A DNA stretch of 63,572 bases, counting the filler, from Stramenopiles sp. TOSAG23-2 (taxonomy: Eukaryota), in NCBI GenBank assembly GCA_900128395.1. It is 6 parts of 6 records of this genome, joined end to end, with 100 filler letters (N's around TTAATTAATTAA, not from the genome) between each part and the next. Parts side by side here need not be neighbours in the genome. Positions count along the whole stretch, not along the records: positions 21,308 to 31,841 come from LT650011.1; positions 31,942 to 42,422 come from LT650012.1; 4 more parts are not named here. One strand, 5' to 3'. The notes under the pieces are model-generated. The model saw only the letters and a program-made list of their open reading frames with translations, did no database searches and was not told where the DNA came from. Numbering within the stretch: position 1 is the first letter of the stretch; every line of letters begins with the position of its first letter. Below are positions 21,475 through 31,974 of this stretch, in pieces. A program made the position numbers and the translations under genes.

Positions 21475-24400
21475 TCATTTTTGTTTTTGTTGCAATTGCC
21501 TCAACTTTGCTTTGAGCATTTTAATTTGTTTGTTCTCAATTTGTTTTGTTGATTTATTTGTAACTTTTTTTACACGACTTGCAAATTGCAAAGAACTACA
21601 CGTTTCACTAACATTATAATCAGCTGGAGAGACATTAACAAACATCAATGTCTTAGCATTGCCACCTAACGAATCACTTAATAACTGTGTTAATTGACTA
21701 TCACGATATGGCACATGTTTACTTTTTGCTGTAATGGCAGAGATAACATTTCCCAATGCACTTAACGATGAATTGATACTTTGCGCTTCTTTCAACGTTT
21801 CACCGGAAGAACCGGTTTTTGATTGGCGTTCACTTCCAGCTAAATCTACTAATGTTAGTTTACCAACTGTTTCTACGTTTGTAATTTTGTTTGTACTATT
21901 TAAACGTATGGTCATGACTAAATGACTTCTTGATGATGAATCATTCATCAACGTTGACGCTGTATGTCTCTTTTTCCAACCATACTCCATGCATTTTTGA
22001 AGATCGTCATTGTTACAAATGACAATTTCACTAGCATTTTCAACATATATGGTTTCTGTATGATCTTTTTTAATAGCTAATTTCATTCGAGGTGTTGGCG
22101 TGTTTTTCTTCTTTTTGTTGTTGTTACCAGCACGATTTTGTTTACCAATTAATAAATCTTGCAATTCACCCCTATACAATTCGATCATAGTTAATTTAAA
22201 TTCAACTTCAAATCTTTCGGAATTTTCTTTAGCCACATCAAATAGCAATTTAGTCGCTCTTGGAGTAATACCTTGTTCATGCGGTTCACAATCAATTCCA
22301 TTACCTGGCCCGCTCATTGTATATGTTTTACCACTACCAGTTTGGCCATATGCAAAGATACATACATTATACCCATCTAATGCTGATTGTACTAATGGGG
22401 CAACTTGTTTAAAGACTTCATTTTGATTTGATTTAGAATCAAAACAAGTGTCAAATTGAAATTCCTTCTTTGTTACGTTCCCACTTTCACGTTTTGGTGG
22501 GACTGTTACTGACATAGTGGTTTTATCAGGCAATGCTATACTTGTGCGACATTTTTTCGCATGTTCGCTTTTTGACAAAGGTCTTATTCTTGCCAATACG
22601 CGAATGGATCCTTTCATTTGTTCCAATTCATTGTGTACTTTTTTACGTAATTTATGTTCTCTATCGAAATCTTTTTTTAATTTCTTATGATCTGTTTCTA
22701 ACTTTTTCAATCGTAAATTTTCAGCTTCAATCTCACGTAAACGCTCCGCCATGATCTTTTGCTCTGCTTCAGCAGCTTTTTGCTTTAATATTCTACTTTT
22801 TGCTTCCACTAATGCGCGTTTATCTTCTGCTTGTTGTTGCCTAATTCTCTCTGTTTCCTTTGCATGTTGTTTTGCTAATTCTTGCGCTTCTTTCAATGCT
22901 TTTGCTTGCTCGACCATCAATCGTCGACTTTCTTCTTTATCATTATTATTATTAGCCATTTTTTGATTAGCTAAATTTATTCTCTCTTCTTTATCCATAA
23001 TTTCTTTTTTTAAAATATTAATTTTTTCTTCTTTTTCAATGATTTTCTTCATCGCATTTTCATATGCTTCACGATGTGCTTTTACTTCATCCTCAGCACG
23101 TTTTGCTATTAGTTTTTGCTCCTCTAACGCTTTACTCAATTCGCTGCGTTTTGTTAACATTTGATTTTTTAATTTATTATAATGCATATCATTGTTTTCG
23201 TCTGTTTCTGGATTTGTTTCATCTTGTTGTTCTCTTAGCTGTTTTAAATTTGAAATAGCCTTTTCATTTTCATCGAATTTTTCTTTCAATTCTTCTAATC
23301 GTTCCTTTTCTAGCTGTAAAGCAACTGCTGTTGCATTATCACTTCCTGAATGTAAAGATTCAGATTCCTCTGTATAACTTCTTTCAGAATTCACTACACG
23401 TATTAATTTTGTAATTTCTTTTTCAATCGAAGTTTGATGTTTACCTAAATTAATCGATATAGTTTGACTACTAGGTGTTGTTAAATGATTACTATTTTCG
23501 CTCTTTCTTTTTGGTGTTGGCACGATAATCATTGGACTACCCGTTGCAATGCCATGCTGTTTTTGAGTTTTACGTTGTTTACCGATACTACTAGCAATTT
23601 TTTTAAAAATTTGCACTGGTGTATATTTCTTCTTTTTATTGCTGGTAATAACACTATGATTGGTCGGTGTTACACTTGTAAAGGATGAATGTGTACCTTT
23701 ATTATGCTTCGGGGTAAACATATTTGTGTTGTATTTATTTGTTTCACCACTATTACCACCATCACTTTCTTCTGTTTGTTGATTTTCATATTCTGCATCG
23801 TTATCAATAAAAATTTGTGGTTTTTCCCATTGAGTCTCATCCGTTTGGCTATTATAGTAATAATAATCTTCATTTTCATAACACCAATACTCTACCCAAT
23901 CATCCATGGTACGAGTTGCCATATTTGTATCCCCTTCATTCCATGTTTCATTATTATTATTGTTATTATTGTGACTAGCATGAGGATGACTACCTCCCTC
24001 GTTAGCTATTGGGAATCTTTCTTTTAATATATTCGCACAATCGTAATGACAATATGATAAAGCATAATCTAATGCCGTATACCCATAGATATCAACACAA
24101 TTAGGTATTCTTTCATTAATTAATAATTTTGTAATATCAATACAGCCAGCAGAAGCTGAAAAGTGAAGTGCTGTACACCCCTCGTTATCCACAACATTCA
24201 TTGCAGCCCCATATTCAACAAGCTTTGATGAATTCGTAAATGACAATGATTCTGCAGTAGATGCTACATGTAAAGCAGTTTGTCCATCAAAATTAACTAT
24301 ATTTACATGATGTAATACATGTTCTTTAAAACCTAATAAAAACTCAACTAATTCGTCCATTTGATACCTACAAGCAGAAATTAATAAAGTATCACCTTTA

Positions 24401-24984
24401 TTTTTCTCCTGATGTTTCAAACAATACATTATAAAATTATCTGCATTTTTGTTATGGTTATCATTATTTGTTATTTGAAATAATGGCTTGAGTGTATCCA
24501 TAATAGTGTCGCTCATAGTTGGTGCTTTATTATGGGGTAACATTTGAAAAACTATTGATAATGTCTTTGCACGCACATCAACATATCTGTTAGTGCCCAG
24601 TTCACTTTCACTATATTCAATTTCTGAGTCGGTATATCCACCTACATGGTGAATATAAGACGTATTTTTAGAGTGTTTACTTTCATCTTTTTCCCCGTAG
24701 CCACCAAAATTTGAATTAGCCGGTGATGATTCAGAAAACGGGGAAGATAAAATATGTTGGATACGATTTCTTAAGCCGTTGCCTATCTTTGATGCAACTG
24801 GCATAGCAACATTATTTGTCGCAATGTCATATGTATCCGTTTGTTTTTTCTCACTACTACTACTACTACTGCTGCTGCTATAATCATGATCTTTTTGTTG
24901 GATTACTTGTTTAACAGGTGTAAATACAATATTTTGTATCGGTTTTGCTTTATGCGTTCGTCTTTTAGATGCACCACCACCCAT
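21475..24984 (-). CDS. Kinesin-14 (C-terminal motor) with N-terminal ankyrin repeats and WW domain
   Basis: Motor motifs IFAYGQTGSGKT, NDSSSRSH, LVDLAGSER, HVPYRDS; neck HNELEQMKGSIRV; ANK GQTALHVA, GCTALHFSA; WW WVEY..YYYNSQTDETQWEKP; MGGGAS start. Confidence 0.93.
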   Translation of the reverse strand: MGGGASKRRTHKAKPIQNIVFTPVKQVIQQKDHDYSSSSSSSSSEKKQTDTYDIATNNVAMPVASKIGNGLRNRIQHILSSPFSESSPANSNFGGYGEKDESKHSKNTSYIHHVGGYTDSEIEYSESELGTNRYVDVRAKTLSIVFQMLPHNKAPTMSDTIMDTLKPLFQITNNDNHNKNADNFIMYCLKHQEKNKGDTLLISACRYQMDELVEFLLGFKEHVLHHVNIVNFDGQTALHVASTAESLSFTNSSKLVEYGAAMNVVDNEGCTALHFSASAGCIDITKLLINERIPNCVDIYGYTALDYALSYCHYDCANILKERFPIANEGGSHPHASHNNNNNNNETWNEGDTNMATRTMDDWVEYWCYENEDYYYYNSQTDETQWEKPQIFIDNDAEYENQQTEESDGGNSGETNKYNTNMFTPKHNKGTHSSFTSVTPTNHSVITSNKKKKYTPVQIFKKIASSIGKQRKTQKQHGIATGSPMIIVPTPKRKSENSNHLTTPSSQTISINLGKHQTSIEKEITKLIRVVNSERSYTEESESLHSGSDNATAVALQLEKERLEELKEKFDENEKAISNLKQLREQQDETNPETDENNDMHYNKLKNQMLTKRSELSKALEEQKLIAKRAEDEVKAHREAYENAMKKIIEKEEKINILKKEIMDKEERINLANQKMANNNNDKEESRRLMVEQAKALKEAQELAKQHAKETERIRQQQAEDKRALVEAKSRILKQKAAEAEQKIMAERLREIEAENLRLKKLETDHKKLKKDFDREHKLRKKVHNELEQMKGSIRVLARIRPLSKSEHAKKCRTSIALPDKTTMSVTVPPKRESGNVTKKEFQFDTCFDSKSNQNEVFKQVAPLVQSALDGYNVCIFAYGQTGSGKTYTMSGPGNGIDCEPHEQGITPRATKLLFDVAKENSERFEVEFKLTMIELYRGELQDLLIGKQNRAGNNNKKKKNTPTPRMKLAIKKDHTETIYVENASEIVICNNDDLQKCMEYGWKKRHTASTLMNDSSSRSHLVMTIRLNSTNKITNVETVGKLTLVDLAGSERQSKTGSSGETLKEAQSINSSLSALGNVISAITAKSKHVPYRDSQLTQLLSDSLGGNAKTLMFVNVSPADYNVSETCSSLQFASRVKKVTNKSTKQIENKQIKMLKAKLRQLQQKQK

Positions 24985-25628
24985 TTTTGTTTTGTTTATA
25001 TCTGCGTGTGCGTGTGTGTGTGTGTATGTATGTGTATGCTTATAGTTAATACAATTTGTAATTGCGTTCTAGTTTCTTTATTATAGTATATACATTATCT
25101 CCTCTCCATGTCCAATGTCGTTTATGTATAATACATTGTATATATGTGTGGGGAATGTTGAAATTAGAGAGATGAAATTATTCTAACGTTCGTATACCTG
25201 GTAGGTACAGTAGCTAGTATAGAGATACCATCTAGCTAGCACAACAGGTAAATACCACAGGTTAAAACATATTTAATATGGATGATTATAGGATTTGGAA
25301 TTTTCTGGGCCACGAAGAGGTTACTGCCGAGTGAATTTTTTTTTATTTATCCGGTATGTGTTGCTAGTGTCTAAGTTAACGCATTTTAATTTTCGTTCTA
25401 GCAGGTAAATAGGCTTACGAGGGAAAACATCTTCTTACATATATATAAGAAATATATAATAGTCTATTTATTCGTAAACTCTCTCTGGACATACAACATA
25501 TATATAACAACATATATATATATAAAGTATTGATAATATTGTGTGAAAAAGTCACTCTATATTATACGGGGGAACAGTCACCAAGTTTATAATATATATA
25601 AGTAGATATAGTATTATAATAATAAAAG

Positions 25629-27353
25629 ATGCCTAGAAGAAATAAAAATTTAATTGAAAGAAAAACATTGCAACGTGTGCCAAAATTGCAACTATCTAGA
25701 AGTACAGGTGCTATAGATGGACCATTAGTGGCAACGCATAGTGCATCTGGACGATCGCAAATGTCAGATGCAAGAAGACAAAGGTTATTAAATTTGCAAA
25801 AGCGTGAACGCTTAAAAGCATTGTTGGTACGAAAGTTCCGTATGAAATATGGTACCGGAAAACAAGTTTCTAAATTAATTTCTGCTGCAGTGGAACAATT
25901 TGTTCAATTGCGTAAAGTGACAGAAAGAGATTTAAAAGAATTAGAAAGAAAAGTTCGCGCAGCATGCCGTACTATTGGCGCCATGCCACGCAATTCTAGC
26001 ATCAACGCAGATGATTTGTTGAAAACCGTCGGTGCGCAGCAAAGGAAAAAACAACAAGAAATTTCTAGTCCAGGCGAGACTATTGTTAGTGAGTTGCAAG
26101 CTTCTGTAAACAATGCATCACCAACAAAATTGGCAACATTAAAACCAAGTCAATCCGATACAGCTTTATTGAATCCACAAACAACATCTGCGTCGGATGC
26201 ATTGGCAATGACGGGTGAATCCATGCCAGAAGACTGGACATTAATCAATCGTTATCAAGCAAAAGTGAACGAAGATGATAAACTCAAAGAACGTGCGGCT
26301 GCGTTGAAAAAAAGAGCTAAGATTCAAGCAGAACTCGAAGCGCAAATCCAAATCAAAGAGAAGCAAAAAGCAGTTGCCGGTACAAGCGATAACAAATATG
26401 TAAAATACCTTGCAGAGCAACAAAAAAAATGGAAAGAAGAAGATAGAATCAAAGCTGCAAAACGGAAAGCGATAATTGACAAAGACCGTGCGTTGTTACA
26501 GAAACAAGTACAAGATAGACGTGATCGTATAAAACAGGAACAGGAGGACCAACGTAAATACGAAGTAAATTTGATTAAACGAATGAAAAAAGAACTTGAA
26601 ACAGTGCGAAAGAAGGAGTTGGAGGCAAAAATCAATGATAAAAAACGTTTAGCAAAATTCTTAGCAGGAAATGCACTTGTACGACAACAAAAAGAGGAAA
26701 GAAAGAGGCGATTAGCAGAGGAGGATGTTATACGCATGAAAGAATATGCATTAATGTTGGAAAAACAAGAAAAAGCACGCGAGAGTTACTTTGCAGAAAT
26801 GACCAAAAAACAAGACAAATTCTTAGATTTAAATGTAGAAGCTCGACAAGAGGAATTTGAAAACATTGCCAGAATGGAACGTATCAATTTAGAATATCAA
26901 TTGAAACGGGAAAAAGAAGAAAAAGAAAAGGCAAGGCTTAAAATTATAGAAAGAAGAAGAAAAGATCATGAAATTTCAGATTGGATCAAAGCTGAAATGA
27001 AGAAAAAAGAGGCAGTTCGCGCAAAGGAAAAGTCAAGATATGCTGAAATTAATGCAGTTGCAAAGAAAATGACTGCAGAGGCACAAGCAAAATCAGAGGA
27101 AGAAAAACAAAGGGAGATGGCAAAACGTAGAAAATATAAACAAGAATTAGAATCCCAAATTCAAGGTCGTTCTCATCTATATGAAAAAGTTGGAAGACAA
27201 ATTAGACGTAAACAAACGAATATGGATGATCGTGAACGAGAATTTAATAAATCATTGATCGAAAAAATCAAGCATGACGTGCCTGAGCTATTGAGTCCAG
27301 TAGTATCACCTGTAAAAAATAATGATGAGGAAGTCGGTAGCGGAATATATTAA
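25629..27353 (+). CDS. Long charged coiled-coil protein, trichoplein/CFAP45-like, possibly flagellar
   Basis: E/K/R/Q-rich helical C-terminal two thirds; ELEAQIQ..K and ELESQIQ repeats; MDDREREFNK. Confidence 0.6.
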   Translation: MPRRNKNLIERKTLQRVPKLQLSRSTGAIDGPLVATHSASGRSQMSDARRQRLLNLQKRERLKALLVRKFRMKYGTGKQVSKLISAAVEQFVQLRKVTERDLKELERKVRAACRTIGAMPRNSSINADDLLKTVGAQQRKKQQEISSPGETIVSELQASVNNASPTKLATLKPSQSDTALLNPQTTSASDALAMTGESMPEDWTLINRYQAKVNEDDKLKERAAALKKRAKIQAELEAQIQIKEKQKAVAGTSDNKYVKYLAEQQKKWKEEDRIKAAKRKAIIDKDRALLQKQVQDRRDRIKQEQEDQRKYEVNLIKRMKKELETVRKKELEAKINDKKRLAKFLAGNALVRQQKEERKRRLAEEDVIRMKEYALMLEKQEKARESYFAEMTKKQDKFLDLNVEARQEEFENIARMERINLEYQLKREKEEKEKARLKIIERRRKDHEISDWIKAEMKKKEAVRAKEKSRYAEINAVAKKMTAEAQAKSEEEKQREMAKRRKYKQELESQIQGRSHLYEKVGRQIRRKQTNMDDREREFNKSLIEKIKHDVPELLSPVVSPVKNNDEEVGSGIY

Positions 27354-27811
27354 AAAGATATAAGTTTGACAAGAACAGGAGGAAGAAATCATCATGAAAT
27401 ATTAAAAAAATATAAGAAAACAAAAGAAAGAAAAGTGTAACAAGATATAGAGCGCTAATATATATAGCAAGTTTTAGAGTATACGTAATTTATAATTAAA
27501 TATATTATATATATTATATAATATCCATTTTAAAATAAATACGAAGTCGTATTTGATATATATATTTATCAATCAGGTTTGCGTTTCAAATATTACTGGG
27601 ATTTTAATATTACTCGTGTAATTGTTCCAGTGTCAACTTATAAAAATATGTTTGATTTTTGATAATCAAATTTTTTTAATTTTATAATGTATCATTCATA
27701 TTCTCCCTGATATAATGATGAATATATATTTTACAAACATGATGGTTCAAAAGAAACAATCTACTTCTACAATTTCCAATTTTAACCTATCTATCTATGT
27801 CATTCATCCAT

Positions 27812-28273
27812 TTATTTATCTTTGCATTCTATACCAGCTTTTTTCATCATAGGAATAAGTTTTTTCTTATTATGTAATCTTTCTATGTCATCGCCACCTC
27901 CAACACTACGTCCAGCTATAAATATTTGCGGGACAGTTCTGATATTTGTTATTTTTGCTAATATTTTTTGTATATCACCATTTCTTGGCTCACCGCAATC
28001 ATCAAGTTCAATAATAGTATGTTTACATCCAGTTTTTGCAACAACTTTCTTGCCCTTGGATGCATATGGTCAGTATGTTTTTGAAAATACTAATACACCT
28101 TTTGCATGACTCTGAATGGTTTCTTTTACAAATTTTTCCTTATCATCATAGGACATACTTTTTAATTTTGGTTTTAAATATGATGCCATGGCTCTACTAA
28201 TAATATTTGTACAGTGTTTTTTTTGACCCAACCTATTATTGATACGGATTAAACGATTTAAATTGTTTAACAT
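27812..28273 (-). CDS. Glutaredoxin with in-frame TGA at the active-site Cys (candidate selenoprotein, UPYA); Arg-rich N-terminal extension
   Basis: VLVFSKTY-TGA(28070-28072)-PYASKGK..IIELD..IQKILAKITNIRTVPQIFIAGRSVGGGDD..L*; intact Grx fold on both sides of the TGA; alternative start at 28189. Confidence 0.85.
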
Positions 28274-28791
28274 CGATTGATATGGAGGTGTCTCTTTATG
28301 TAATTTGTTATGATAGTAGGCATTAAAATAATCTCTACCTCTGTGAACACACATGTATATCTAGATAATAAATAATCGAACATGAGGACTTTGTTCGATG
28401 AGCCAATGTGTGATTGTGTGTGGATTTTGTTGACTTTTCGTCTTTTTTAAGGTATTATATATAATATACATTAAAATATCTGATTTGCTAAAATGCACAA
28501 ATCAAAAAAATCATAAAAATAATAGACGACCTCCGACAAAAATATGAATAAATAGATATATAGATATAGACATAGATTGCATTACATCATTCTATATATA
28601 TACATATTACATTAACAACACATAATACGTATGATCGATCTATCTGTATTTATTACTATTGCGTTTTTTTGGCTTATCGTATATCTTGTTAATTTTTTAA
28701 CATTCTTTTCTGTTATTATATATCAATTATTATTTTCGATATAGATTATTATATATACCAGTACATATTTTATCATATTTTACAATACGAT

Positions 28792-29349
28792 ATGGATTAC
28801 GATGATCAAAATTTAATTGACGAAGCATGTTCGAAAGGATGCGGATTATATGCGAAAAGAAAAATTACATTTTGCAACTCTGAATTTATGAAACCACAAA
28901 AAACGAATGCAGTGAAAGAATTCTTATCAATTAATGAATTGTTTGGATTAGGGACGGGAAAAAAGCAAGCACATCGAGGTCATATTGATAATATTTCTGC
29001 ACATGAGAAATGGTTTGGTTTCAAAATTGATCCACAACAATCGATATCAAATGATGTATTGGATGACACAGCTGAAGCGGAACAAGATATGCTTGATGAA
29101 TTAGATCCGTTTGAATTCAATCTCTCTTCATTCATTTTAGATAATGGTATAAAAACGAATACTGAGATTATCTATATTGATGATGATAATGATATTTGTT
29201 GTAATAATATTTGGCCTTTGGATCCCATTGAAAATCGTTACGAATCAAAAGTATTAAAAAACAATTATGATTATAATCCATGTTCACCAGGGATACCAAG
29301 TATGTGGACCTTTAGCCCAATGGAAAAATTACATCATTTATTATTATAA
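28792..29349 (+). CDS. Hypothetical protein (185 aa)
   Basis: Long ORF with protein-like composition in AT-rich DNA; no recognised domain; an upstream exon is possible. Confidence 0.6.
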   Translation: MDYDDQNLIDEACSKGCGLYAKRKITFCNSEFMKPQKTNAVKEFLSINELFGLGTGKKQAHRGHIDNISAHEKWFGFKIDPQQSISNDVLDDTAEAEQDMLDELDPFEFNLSSFILDNGIKTNTEIIYIDDDNDICCNNIWPLDPIENRYESKVLKNNYDYNPCSPGIPSMWTFSPMEKLHHLLL

Positions 29350-29634
29350 ACGTATATGATAATAAATAAGACAGAGAGAATATCGTATTTTTTGCTTCAT
29401 GAGGATATGAATGTTCGTAACCTGCATGTGTAAAAAAGAGAAAGTGTGTGGTTATATTTTATATATTTGATTGAAATCATGAGATGTGAATACAGGTATA
29501 TATTATGCGCCATTTATTCAAAAAAAATGTGAAAAAAATATAAAAATATTTTAAAATATATAATTTTTTTTTAAAAGCAACACTCTGGTGTATCACGCGT
29601 AAATTTAAATAGATCTCTATCACTTCGACACCTG

Positions 29635-29998
29635 CTACCTTTGTTTATTTGCATGTTTTGCTCTCATTTTTTGTTTTCGTTTACTGCCTTTTCCAACATC
29701 ACTTCCAGATACTTGTATTTGTACTCCATATACTCGTGATGATTCTTCCTCAGCATAAGGATTTGCTGAACGTACTCTACCTTTACGTCCTTGTTTCTTT
29801 AAACTTTTATGCTTTTGTTTTTTTTTCTTTTCATGTTTTAAATGTTCTCTCATAGCTTTTTCATCTTCCAATTCTAAATCATCTTCACCTAATAATGCAG
29901 CTGCCTCTTCTAATGTCATTTCAAACTCATCCTCTTCCTCTGCGACTATTTCATTATTATTTGTGTTATCATTACTATTATCCTCATTATTATTTACA

Positions 29999-30029
<31 letters not shown>

Positions 30030-31788
30030 TGATCGTATCATTACCGACAACTAACGTAACACCATTGCTTAATAATTGCCCGTTTCCATTATTTAACAAT
30101 TCATTTTGTTTCTTTAATCCAAGATTATATTTCGGATCATTTATTTTATCAATTTCTGGAGTTTCCATCAATGACATTAAAGGCATTCCAGGTGGTGGAC
30201 AATTCCATAATACTTTTCCGGCAACATAATCTTTCAATATATAACGTGAAGCACGAGCTTCATTTGGACCACTATGATTTTCTCCCCAAAAACTACGTTT
30301 GATGGCATATGCTTGTAGCAATGAATGTGCAGTCAATGGTAATCGTCGACCACTGATAGATGATTTTGGAAAGGATAGATGATACGTTTCTTCAAATACT
30401 TCTGGGTATACACGCGATACAACTAGTTCACATGGACCTAAATAATCACGCATTTGATCAATTGGTAAAATACCATTACAAACCATTTCAGCCTTGGAGG
30501 ACATAAATGTTGGAAAAACTAAACCAGGGCAATCGCATAATGTTAAATGATCAGATAATACAATTGTTTGAAAATGTTTTGTTTTACCTGGTGTACTACC
30601 AACTGCAACACGTGTTGTGCCATGCGTACTTTTACTAATTCCTAATATAACATTAATAACGGATGATTTACCAACATTTGGATATCCAACCATACCAATT
30701 GTTGGAACAATTTTTCTACCCTTGCGCTGTGGCTTATTTTGAATACTTGCTTGATCATTATTAAAAGCAATTTCTGCTTTTTCTTTTAAATAATTTAATA
30801 GTTGTACACGATCTAATATATCATATTTTTCACATGGTAGTACTAATTCATCTTTTGCCACCTCGTCGTTATCTTTCTTTTCATCGAAATTATCAATGCT
30901 TTCTCCTTTTCCTAATCCTAACTTTGCTTTTGCTAAATTTTGTGCCATCCATAAAGCACCATCTTGTTCCTTTTCCTCTTTTTCTTTTTCCAAACGTAAT
31001 TGTTCCATTTCATCTTCTTGATCAATTTTATCTTGTGCATCTTTTGCAGAGAAAAAAACAAATTGAATATTTTTCGATTCAAAATAGTTAGTCCATATTT
31101 TCCTTGCTTTTTCACTTAAATAATCCGCTTTATTTACTACTAGCAAACTTTTTTTATTAATATTCATTTCAGTTGCGTAACGCTCGATATCTTGACAACG
31201 AAATAATAATGGATTTCTTGCATCTACAATTTGACATACTAAATGACTTCTTTCCATAGTTCTCCATAATTGACGCCAAAATTGTAAATTTTTTTCAAAC
31301 GGTGTAACAAATGCATCATCATGCTTTGCCTCCAACTCTGCAATACCACGTCTCCAATCTATAAATGCTTTACGCTCCTGTACATCAAGTTCTTCTGAAG
31401 TCATATCTTTTGTCCATGGTGGTCTTCTTGGTATACCAAGGTCCTCGAACGTCATACGCTGTTCAATAACAGATTCAAGCTGATCAATATCTTCTTCACC
31501 ATCTAACGTATTGCCTAAATACATATCTCCATCCCCTCTAGCAATAATAGTTGCTGCACGATCTGTTTGAAATTTACGATTTGCTAGTTTCGCTTGCGCA
31601 ATAAAATCATCTAAACTATTCAATTCTGTAATAGATGTGGAACCATCAATACCACCGTAATCAACATAATTTTCCTCACGTTCGAGACCTGTCGTTTTCG
31701 CTGCTTTATATAATTTCTTACGTTTATTATTTGCTTTTGCTTTTGCTTTTATTAATGCTTGCCCAAGTTGTGATTTTTTCTTTCCCAT
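29635..31788 (-). CDS. LSG1: Large ribosomal subunit GTPase 1
   Basis: IPRRPPW, TPFEKNLQFWRQLWR, IVDARNP, NKAD, GYPNVGKSS, TPGKTKHFQT, DCPGLVFP. Confidence 0.96.
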
Positions 31789-31841
31789 GGTTGTTTTGTT
31801 GTTGTTGTTGTTATTATTATTGTTGTTGTTGATACTGCTCC

Positions 31842-31941
31842 NNNNNNNNNNNNNNNNNNNNNNNNNNNNNNNNNNNNNNNNNNNNTTAATTAATTAANNN
31901 NNNNNNNNNNNNNNNNNNNNNNNNNNNNNNNNNNNNNNNNN
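31842..31941. other. Artificial contig linker
   Basis: N44-TTAATTAATTAA-N44. Confidence 0.99.
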
Positions 31942-31974
31942 GCTAACATTGTGTGTGTATATATACATTTATAT

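Noticed and set aside
27540-27811. SECIS element for the glutaredoxin
   Set aside because: Several ATGA starts on the minus strand, but none gave a convincing helix with a closing GA by eye; needs SECISearch3
28070-28072. Genome-wide UGA reassignment
   Set aside because: TGA terminates several complete genes, and TGG is used for Trp throughout
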